Shown: piece after piece, positions 1 through 6,644 of the stretch | Layout of the letters: each line of letters starts with the position of its first letter | How positions within the stretch are numbered: the stretch's first letter is position 1 | NCBI GenBank assembly: GCA_964508365.1 | Contig: CAZDTP010000074.1 | Coordinates: forward strand, 1 to 15,909 | Reading direction: 5' to 3' | Source: an uncultured archaeon | GTDB taxonomy: Archaea > Asgardarchaeota > Lokiarchaeia > Sigyniarchaeales > SOKP01 | DNA length: 15,909 nucleotides | Notes under the pieces: model-generated | The model's input: only the letters and a program-made list of their open reading frames with translations | What the model was told of the DNA's origin: nothing | Databases searched by the model: none | Program-made: the position numbers and the translations under genes

Positions 1-2
1 GT

Positions 3-146
3 GGAGATTACGCCTATTTGGCGACGACCTGGGACTTGGTGTTCATCGATGTTTCCAACCCAACAAATCCGGGAACGCCTGATCATGCCCCCACGACTGA
101 TAGGGCATATGGTATTCATGTGAGCGGAGATTACGCCTATGTGGCG
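3..146 (+). repeat. Nucleotide-level repeat underlying the LVIVD units
   Basis: GGAGATTACGCCTAT is identical at 3-17 and 126-140, followed by TTGGCG vs GTGGCG. Spacing is 123 bp = 41 codons. Confidence 0.85.
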
Positions 147-338
147 GTTGGCGATGATGGCTTGGCGATCTTCGAGATTATCGATCCTAACCCAACAGGA
201 CCGATCCCCGGCCCAGCGCCTGGAGGAATTCCATTTGGTAATTTCTTCTTGATAATCATTGGAATTAGCGTAGTTTGCTTAATTTTAATCAAAAAAGCCA
301 AATTGTTCGTGCATCCAGATAATAAATCAAAAATCTAA
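3..338 (+). CDS. C-terminal part of an LVIVD-repeat (beta-propeller-like) surface protein with Pro/Gly linker and Loki-CTERM-like membrane anchor; 5' end lies outside the window
   Basis: The frame is open from base 3 (GDYAYLATTWDLVFIDVSNPTNP...SGDYAYVAVGDDGLAIFEIIDP), giving two LVIVD-type units 41 aa apart. These are followed by PNPTGPIPGPAPGG, then IPFG + hydrophobic helix + KKAK (228-302). The ORF-track start at 18 (TTG) is an internal Leu. Confidence 0.8.
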   Translation, partial: GDYAYLATTWDLVFIDVSNPTNPGTPDHAPTTDRAYGIHVSGDYAYVAVGDDGLAIFEIIDPNPTGPIPGPAPGGIPFGNFFLIIIGISVVCLILIKKAKLFVHPDNKSKI

Positions 339-349
339 AAAATTAATCC

Positions 350-380
350 TAACACCCTTAAGGTGTTATAGTTTTTTTTT
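350..380 (+). terminator. Hairpin plus T-run terminator after the LVIVD gene
   Basis: Stem TAACACC (350-356) / GGTGTTA (362-368) with a 5-nt loop, then T9 at 372-380, starting 12 bp after the stop codon. Confidence 0.65.
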
Positions 381-519
381 CATTTTCTTTATTTTTAAAA
401 ACATAGATTGATGTCGTTGTATCCAACATTTTAAAGCTTTCTCAAACTAAAAAATTAATTAGGAAAGCGGTGTATTATTATTTATTTAAGTAGTGATTAA
501 TAGAAAAAAGAGTAGCACT

Positions 520-1122
520 ATGATTGAAGTTGAGATTAAAGTCAAAATCTCCGATCCAAACCTTATACGGGATAAGTTTGAAGAGATTAATGGCGTATAT
601 AAACTTTCTTTAAATCACGAAGATATATATTTTAACATGCCAAAGGGCTTAAGGGATTTTAAACAGACTGATGAAGCTTTAAGATTAAGAAAGTCTATTG
701 AATATAATAGAGTTAATAAAGCAATCACTCAAAAAATCAACTATTTTATAACTTATAAAGGTAAAAAAATTGATAAAACAACCAAAACAAGAGAAGAAAT
801 CGAAGTAAAAATAAATGAAATTGAAGATATGAAAAATCTTCTCAAACTATTAGGATTTCGAGAAGTATTTACCGTCGTTAAGGAAAGAGAACTGTATGAT
901 TTCAAATTTAAGGATAGAAGAATAGAAGCTTTGATCGATTATATTCCTATTTTAGAACAACATTTCGTTGAAGTAGAATTAATAACAGAATCATATGAGA
1001 AAGTAGATGAAAATAAGGAGATACTTTTTAAATTTTTAGAGAATTTCGGGATTAAAAAACAAGAATCCATTAGAATGTCTTATTTAGAGTTAATTGCCGA
1101 TAAGTTAATGGGGGGTAATTAA
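520..1122 (+). CDS. cyaB: CYTH-domain triphosphate tunnel metalloenzyme (class IV adenylate cyclase CyaB family)
   Basis: N-terminal ExExK motif (MIEVEIKVK), EDIYF, ALRLRK, TYKG, REEIEV, KERELY, FVEVE and C-terminal SYLELI. ATG at 520 is preferred over GTG at 493 because ExExK normally sits at the N-terminus. Confidence 0.88.
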   Translation: MIEVEIKVKISDPNLIRDKFEEINGVYKLSLNHEDIYFNMPKGLRDFKQTDEALRLRKSIEYNRVNKAITQKINYFITYKGKKIDKTTKTREEIEVKINEIEDMKNLLKLLGFREVFTVVKERELYDFKFKDRRIEALIDYIPILEQHFVEVELITESYEKVDENKEILFKFLENFGIKKQESIRMSYLELIADKLMGGN

Positions 1123-1156
1123 GATGTTATTTAATTTTATTAAAAATGAAGTAATT

Positions 1157-1444
1157 TTACATGGTTTTTTTCTTTAATACGATATATTCTCCATCAATAA
1201 TTTGGGAGATATATCTCCTTCCTTTAATTATCCACATGATTTTATGTCCTTCTCGAGCTTTTTTCCCCCATTCTGATTTTTTTCTGTAATTTTGTTCTAT
1301 AAAGCGATACCCAAATAAATCAACATATTTAATTCCACTTGAAAATTTCTTAATAGGGTATTGAATCTCGTCAATTTCGACAGATTTTTCTCCTTGAAAA
1401 ATTGCGTTATATATTGCCAAGCCTTTTTCCTTCAAATCTTCCAT
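1157..1444 (-). CDS. Small soluble hypothetical protein (95 aa)
   Basis: ATG start, upstream AGGAG on the minus strand (within 1451-1457), protein-like composition (RFIEQNYRKKSEWGKKAREGHKIMW). No family recognised. Confidence 0.7.
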   Translation of the reverse strand: MEDLKEKGLAIYNAIFQGEKSVEIDEIQYPIKKFSSGIKYVDLFGYRFIEQNYRKKSEWGKKAREGHKIMWIIKGRRYISQIIDGEYIVLKKKTM

Positions 1445-1494
1445 ATTAGATGCTCCTAAAATTTTATGAGTTTTCTCTCGTTTTAGTCTGTGAT

Positions 1495-1502
1495 TATATA
1501 AA
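1495..1502 (-). promoter_or_regulatory. Candidate TATA box for the 95-aa gene
   Basis: TTTATATA on the minus strand about 50 bp upstream of the ATG at 1444. The AT-rich background makes chance matches common. Confidence 0.3.
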
Positions 1503-1513
1503 TTTAAGGTTTT

Positions 1514-2317
1514 TTAACTTTTGTATCGAACCCAACTAGGTACTTTATCGATAGTATTATTCTTAAATTTAATCAGTTTTAGCGACATGAGATTTGGACA
1601 TTTCTCAGGATATTTGTCTATTTTGCAATTGGATATTTCCAATTCCTGCAAATTTCTTAAGTTACAGATCGAAGAAGGAATTTCATTAAGATCCGAGAGA
1701 ATTAAACTTGTTATAAAACCTCCCTCAGCTTTCTTAACTCTACCCAAACCTTTATTTCCGATTTCAGAATTTTCTTCAAGTAGAGTTTGTTTATCTGGAT
1801 ATGATAATTCAAATTTCTCGAGAAAATTATTAAAATCGGCTCGAAATTTCATAAAATCAAGGTATTCAATATCTAGGATTAATTTAGCATCGATTGAATT
1901 TAAGCTATATTTAGATGTTATTTTTTTATAAATTCTTTTCCGAATTTGGTTAAATTGAGGATAATCTTCAGTTTCTAATAAGTCGATTAAGTTTTTAAGA
2001 AAGTAGATTGAATTTTCATTTTGTATTGCCCATAGTAACGGTTTTACTACTCGTTCTGGTAAATAATGAATTAAAGTTTTCGCTGCTCCGAATTTAACTA
2101 CAGGTGATTCGTCGGAAATTAAACAATTTTCAATAATATTGAAGGCTAATTCGTCATCAACTGCTAATTTGCCCATGTAATCTAACACGGTGACTCTGAT
2201 ATCCTCATTATCACTCGTGTTAATAATGGATTCAAATAGCTTTAGAGCTTGTTTCGTTCCTATCTTTTTATCAACATATTTAGAGTAGATGCTCTCTGGT
2301 GTTGGATATTCATTCAT
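1514..2317 (-). CDS. HEAT-like repeat plus leucine-rich repeat protein (Lokiarchaeota-type architecture), short LRR tail
   Basis: Helical repeats SDNEDIRVTVLDYMGKL and LISDESPVVKFGAAKTL. C-terminal LRRs LSDLNEIPSSICNLRNLQELEISNCKIDKYPEKCPNLMSLKLIKFKNNTIDKVP. Confidence 0.8.
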   Translation of the reverse strand: MNEYPTPESIYSKYVDKKIGTKQALKLFESIINTSDNEDIRVTVLDYMGKLAVDDELAFNIIENCLISDESPVVKFGAAKTLIHYLPERVVKPLLWAIQNENSIYFLKNLIDLLETEDYPQFNQIRKRIYKKITSKYSLNSIDAKLILDIEYLDFMKFRADFNNFLEKFELSYPDKQTLLEENSEIGNKGLGRVKKAEGGFITSLILSDLNEIPSSICNLRNLQELEISNCKIDKYPEKCPNLMSLKLIKFKNNTIDKVPSWVRYKS

Positions 2318-2320
2318 AAC

Positions 2321-3457
2321 TTATTTCATACTATCCTTCAAAACCTCGTGGTGACATACTGTTAACGACATTGTTTCAGGCGCTAAGATTTCGAGATTTT
2401 CTAGCACTTCTACAAATGAGGCTAATATTACGAGATTTTCATTATTTCCCTTTAGTATAACATTTTTTTGAATGTGGCAATTATCGGCGATAATGGCTCT
2501 TTCGATCTTAACATTACTTGATATATAAGATTCGTTATAGATTACGCTATCTCTGATTTCGACATTGCTATCAATAAATACATTATCTCCTATTATTGCA
2601 TTTGGACCAATTGTACTATTTCCTCGAATTACAACATTTTCACCTATGGTACAAGGTGAATAAATTTTTGAGCTAGGGTGAATGTCAGCAGAATGATCTA
2701 TTAAATTCTTAACATTAGCTTCTAAATTTTTCATTAAATCTACCATTAGAATCATATTACCTTCGAGTAAATCGTATGGCTTTCCAATATCTTTCCATAT
2801 ACCACTTATTTGATGATGATATAGTTGTTCCTTTTTTGCTACAACAGGAAATACTTGTCTCTCTATTGATACCTTTTTATGTGGTTCAATATAAGTAAAA
2901 ATTTCTGGTTCCAATAGATAAACTCCGGCATTGATAGGCATGGGGATAATCTTACCGTTTGGAGGAGAATATTCGTCTTTTTCTAGAAATTCCAATATTT
3001 GGTGAGTATCCTTATTTTCTATTAACACGCCATACCGTGAAGGATCGTCAACAAGCTTACTAGCAATAGTCCCAATACCTTTTTTAGTTATATGAAATTT
3101 TAACATTTTATTTAGATCGCAGTTTAAAATCACATCCCCGTTTAGCATGAAGAAATTTTCCTCTTCCAAATAGGACTCAGCTATTTTTACTGCCCCCGCA
3201 GTTCCCAAAGGATGTTTTTCTTCTGTATAGTGTATTCTAACTCCTAACTGGGAACCGTCTTTAAAATAATTTTTAACAATATCATCCATTACGCTCACCG
3301 CCAGAACGATTTCTTTAACCCCTGCTGACTTTAAAAGAAGAATCTGTCGCTCCATAACCGGTTTGTTGACGATTGGCATTAAAGATTTTGGTATGCTGCA
3401 TGATAATGGTCGTAAGCGGGTTCCGTATCCTCCCGATAGTATAATAGCTTTTGTCAT
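2321..3457 (-). CDS. NDP-sugar synthase (sugar-1-phosphate nucleotidyltransferase, mannose-1-phosphate guanylyltransferase/GCD1 family) with C-terminal LbH hexapeptide domain
   Basis: AIILSGGYGTRLRPL..IPK, EKHPLGTAGA, LNGDV, PSRYGV, INAGVY, SIERQVFP, WKDIGKP. Hexapeptide repeats TIGENVVI/IIGDNVFI/IIADNCHI. Sugar and nucleotide specificity cannot be fixed from the motifs alone. Confidence 0.9.
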   Translation of the reverse strand: MTKAIILSGGYGTRLRPLSCSIPKSLMPIVNKPVMERQILLLKSAGVKEIVLAVSVMDDIVKNYFKDGSQLGVRIHYTEEKHPLGTAGAVKIAESYLEEENFFMLNGDVILNCDLNKMLKFHITKKGIGTIASKLVDDPSRYGVLIENKDTHQILEFLEKDEYSPPNGKIIPMPINAGVYLLEPEIFTYIEPHKKVSIERQVFPVVAKKEQLYHHQISGIWKDIGKPYDLLEGNMILMVDLMKNLEANVKNLIDHSADIHPSSKIYSPCTIGENVVIRGNSTIGPNAIIGDNVFIDSNVEIRDSVIYNESYISSNVKIERAIIADNCHIQKNVILKGNNENLVILASFVEVLENLEILAPETMSLTVCHHEVLKDSMK

Positions 3458-3485
3458 CTTTTTTCAAAAAAAGTTAATATTGGAA

Positions 3486-3493
3486 TATATAAA
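3486..3493 (-). promoter_or_regulatory. Candidate TATA box for the NDP-sugar synthase/HEAT-LRR operon
   Basis: TTTATATA on the minus strand 29-36 bp upstream of the ATG at 3457, the expected spacing for a leaderless or short-leader archaeal transcript. Confidence 0.45.
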
Positions 3494-3524
3494 ATAATTA
3501 AAAAGACCTTTTTTAAAAACTATT

Positions 3525-4784
3525 TCAATTATTACTATTCTCTTCAAATTCATATACTCTATCGTAATTTGTGTTTCTGATATTAGAAAACATCCAAACA
3601 ATTACAATAAAAATGATATTCAACAGCGAACTCGTAATAAAAAGAACCTCGATACCAATTACTTGTGCTATAGGCCCTGATATTATCATACCTAACGGGG
3701 ATACCAAAGTAACAATCGTAATCACATTTGACATGACCCGACCTTGCTTGTCTGGAGGTATTACAGTCTGCAGAATCGTTAGAAACATGGTGTTAACAAA
3801 AGGAACAATAAACGCAAAGATAAAACCACCTATACTAATAATTGTAAAATTACGTGAAGGTGCTAAAGCTAATATTAAATGTCCGATTTCCCCTATAAAG
3901 ATGCCAAGAAAGATTATTAAAATTTTTTTTTTCCAGACTTTTTTTATGACGACGATTATAGCCCCAACGAACATCCCTGCCTGGATGGAAGCCAAGACAA
4001 ACGCGGTATTTTCTACTGTCCCGAAATGAGTTACTTCTACAAAAAATATCATTAAGGTGCTAAAAGGAGTTCCTAAAAAATTTAAAATAGTTGCAACAAA
4101 AAGCAATGTAAGGAGTCCAGGGACAATTTTAATAGCTTTAAGACCTATCTTAAATTCTCCAAAATATGATTTTTCTTTTCTGATTTTTTCTTTTTTAGGT
4201 AGTGGAGGAATTCTTATTAATAAAAGAGGTATAATAGCAAATAAAAAAGTCAGAATGTCAACCCACAAAATTTGGTCTATTGGTAGGAGTAGTAGGAGAG
4301 TGCCTGCGATAACTGGTCCCATAGTATTAACTAAACCTGTGAAAATATAGTTAATAGCGTTCATTCTGCTTAAATGTTTCTTTGGTATCATTAAAGGAAT
4401 TATAGCATTTACTGCGGGCCAATGAAATCCTTGAAATAATCCTCTAATACTATTTATTAAAATAATCATCCAGACTTGTTGGAGATCAAAAAAAAACAAT
4501 AGTACTAAGCTTAAAGTCGTGATAGCTTGAAAAAAATCAGAGAGAGCTATCATGAGCTTGCGGTTCCAACGGTCGGTAAAAACGCCTGCTAGTGGCCCAA
4601 AAATGAATTGAGGGAGAAATGAGAAAAAAAAAGCAACTGAGATGATTGTGAGATCCTCAGTTTCAATTGTGATCCACCAAATTATTACAAATTGAACAAT
4701 AGTAGAGCCTAGCAACGAAAAAAGCTGACCTGACCAAAAGAAAAGATAATGTTTAAATGATTGTGATGAAGCGGGTGTCTCCAT
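3525..4784 (-). CDS. MFS transporter, MefA/DHA3-like efflux family
   Basis: About 12 hydrophobic segments. N-terminal YLFFWSGQLFSLLGS, motif A GPLAGVFTDRWNRK, MNAIN..GPVIAG, C-terminal QGRVMS..SPLGMIISG. Confidence 0.9.
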   Translation of the reverse strand: METPASSQSFKHYLFFWSGQLFSLLGSTIVQFVIIWWITIETEDLTIISVAFFFSFLPQFIFGPLAGVFTDRWNRKLMIALSDFFQAITTLSLVLLFFFDLQQVWMIILINSIRGLFQGFHWPAVNAIIPLMIPKKHLSRMNAINYIFTGLVNTMGPVIAGTLLLLLPIDQILWVDILTFLFAIIPLLLIRIPPLPKKEKIRKEKSYFGEFKIGLKAIKIVPGLLTLLFVATILNFLGTPFSTLMIFFVEVTHFGTVENTAFVLASIQAGMFVGAIIVVIKKVWKKKILIIFLGIFIGEIGHLILALAPSRNFTIISIGGFIFAFIVPFVNTMFLTILQTVIPPDKQGRVMSNVITIVTLVSPLGMIISGPIAQVIGIEVLFITSSLLNIIFIVIVWMFSNIRNTNYDRVYEFEENSNN

Positions 4785-4850
4785 ATTTCCTAATGACAGA
4801 AAAGAATTAAATGATATTTATCCATAATTAAAGATAATATCTTAATTTTT

Positions 4851-5972
4851 CTATACATCTTTAGTTACTTTGTGCGAATACAGGAAAATCCCAGGAACAA
4901 TCCCCTTTTTTTCTGCAATTTTATAAAATAATAATTGAAGAACTATTATTTCCATAATAGGGGCGAGATGTGGATCTTTTATTCCGTGCTTGTATGTGAA
5001 TATCTTCGAGTTATCATGTAATTTTTTTACTCTCTCATCAAACTCTTGATTAGTAATGTGTAGTAATCTCCCAAATGTCCATTTTTTTACTAGATTTTCA
5101 ATAAACTGGACATTCAAATCAAAGTTTTCTTTATCAGACGAAAGAATTACGATGTTAGTATTCTCGTTTAAGCATTCTATGCCCCCATGCCTAAAAGTCG
5201 ATATAGAGTTTGCTTCCGAATAAGATTTAACAATTTCCTTAAAATTTAAAGCTGCTTGGTGAGCTGTTGTAAGTGAAGAACCCCTCGAGAGAATTTCTAA
5301 AAAATCAATCTTTTCTCCAAATGTTGGTACAAGATCTTTCCATATTTTGTTAATTTGTTTTTGGTTCTGCAATATATCTTTAATTTCCCTTAAATCTTCT
5401 TCTACTCCTTGTTTTTGTTCTTCGGATGAAAAAAATTCTCCTATAATTGTTTTAGCCATTACATAAAGCAATAGTAGAGTACAAACGTAACTCTTAGAAG
5501 TAACTGAAACTTCTTCGTCAAAATTCATGAAAATTTGTAATTCGGTCATATAAGCAAGATAGCTATCTGGATTATTAGTGATACCAATCGTTAATGGTTT
5601 GTCGTCTATAGATATAGCATTAATATCCCTTAGGAGATCCCTGATTTCTCCAGATTCACCAGATTGAGAAATTATTATGATTCCTGTGTCCTTAAAGCAT
5701 GTTTGCTTAACTCGTGGAAAAGTATTAAACAAGAATTCTCCTGCCTCTCGCATTTCAACAGCAATTCCGTATTGGTTTAAAATATAATAAGGCAAGTATG
5801 AACTAATGTAACTTGAACCCATCCCTGTAAAAATTAATTTAGTTATACCTCCTTTTTTTATAAAGTCTCTAATTATTAAAAATTGAGGTTTGCCTTCGCC
5901 TACGATATAATTTAAGGTATCTTCTAACGCTTGAGGTTGAGATTTAATTTCTTTAAGAAAATTATCGCTCAT
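4851..5972 (-). CDS. Double SIS-domain phosphosugar isomerase/deaminase (GlmS isomerase-domain-like; GlmD/AgaS/FrlB group), no glutaminase domain
   Basis: EIKSQPQAL, FTGMGSSY, ISQSGES, ITNNPDSYLA, EVSVTSKSY, AALNFKE, FRHGG, C-terminal KVT. SD-like GGAGA at 5978-5982. Confidence 0.85.
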   Translation of the reverse strand: MSDNFLKEIKSQPQALEDTLNYIVGEGKPQFLIIRDFIKKGGITKLIFTGMGSSYISSYLPYYILNQYGIAVEMREAGEFLFNTFPRVKQTCFKDTGIIIISQSGESGEIRDLLRDINAISIDDKPLTIGITNNPDSYLAYMTELQIFMNFDEEVSVTSKSYVCTLLLLYVMAKTIIGEFFSSEEQKQGVEEDLREIKDILQNQKQINKIWKDLVPTFGEKIDFLEILSRGSSLTTAHQAALNFKEIVKSYSEANSISTFRHGGIECLNENTNIVILSSDKENFDLNVQFIENLVKKWTFGRLLHITNQEFDERVKKLHDNSKIFTYKHGIKDPHLAPIMEIIVLQLLFYKIAEKKGIVPGIFLYSHKVTKDV

Positions 5973-6073
5973 TACTATCTCCGAAAAATTTATTCATATT
6001 TTATTATAAAAAAAAATATAAGATAAAATTAATTTAAACAATTCAATAACCAAATTAAAAATAGTGATTAACT

Positions 6074-6445
6074 TTGTCATGTATACATGGATTGGATAAT
6101 AATAACTGCCCTATTTGCCGAATATCGAAATCTACGATCCCTAACACTCCATTAGCTAAAAATACTGATAAAATCGAAAACTTAAGGCCAGAAAATCCAT
6201 ACTTTAAAATTCATATTGAAAACAAAAATCAAAGTGAGGAATACCTCACTAAAAATAATACATTATTAAATCCACATCTAATAAATTCATTACCTGAACC
6301 AAATCTTATAAATAAAATTCCTAATTTTGAAAATAAAGAATTTATGAAAAAGTTAGATGGATTAAATCTTAAAGGATTAGATCCTCACGGAATTTCAAAG
6401 AAAATCAATCTTGAAAGTCCAACAGTAAAACTTGATGAAAAATAG
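6074..6445 (+). CDS. Hypothetical protein with an N-terminal putative Zn-binding motif (C-x-H-x6-C-x2-C)
   Basis: TTG start (in-frame TGA at 6065-6067 limits extension), MSCIHGLDNNNCPIC, then an Asn/Lys/Pro-rich body. The ORF fills the gap between two divergent genes. Confidence 0.65.
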   Translation: MSCIHGLDNNNCPICRISKSTIPNTPLAKNTDKIENLRPENPYFKIHIENKNQSEEYLTKNNTLLNPHLINSLPEPNLINKIPNFENKEFMKKLDGLNLKGLDPHGISKKINLESPTVKLDEK

Positions 6446-6644
6446 CTATAGTTTAATATCTTTTTATTATTTTTCCGACAATCCCTGACTTTAAGCCTAA
6501 ATTAATGCATACTAAATTAAAACTTACATATTAATCGTTTTAACATAAGATTTTAAAACAAGAATTTTAAAAATAATATATAGATAGTATTAAATTAGAG
6601 AAATCATAATTCAAATTTAAAACCCTGAAGAGAATAGATTAATT

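Noticed and set aside
436-468. Imperfect inverted repeat GCTTTC...GAAAGC upstream of cyaB
   Set aside because: Short, needs a 5-nt bulge, and is expected by chance in AT-rich DNA.
520-1122. CyaB as evidence for cAMP signalling
   Set aside because: CYTH proteins are widespread in archaea and many act as triphosphatases. The motifs do not establish cyclase activity, and no cyclic-nucleotide partner is nearby.
1521-1931. Plus-strand 136-aa ORF
   Set aside because: Antisense shadow of the HEAT-LRR gene with no motifs.
3571-4350. Plus-strand ORFs 3571-4029 and 4057-4350
   Set aside because: Antisense to the MFS gene. Hydrophobic codons give few stops on the opposite strand.
4785-4850. SIS and MFS genes share a frame (66-bp gap), with an AT-rich hairpin in the gap
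   Set aside because: The spacer contains in-frame TAA stops, so no fusion is possible. The hairpin is weak and almost all A/T.
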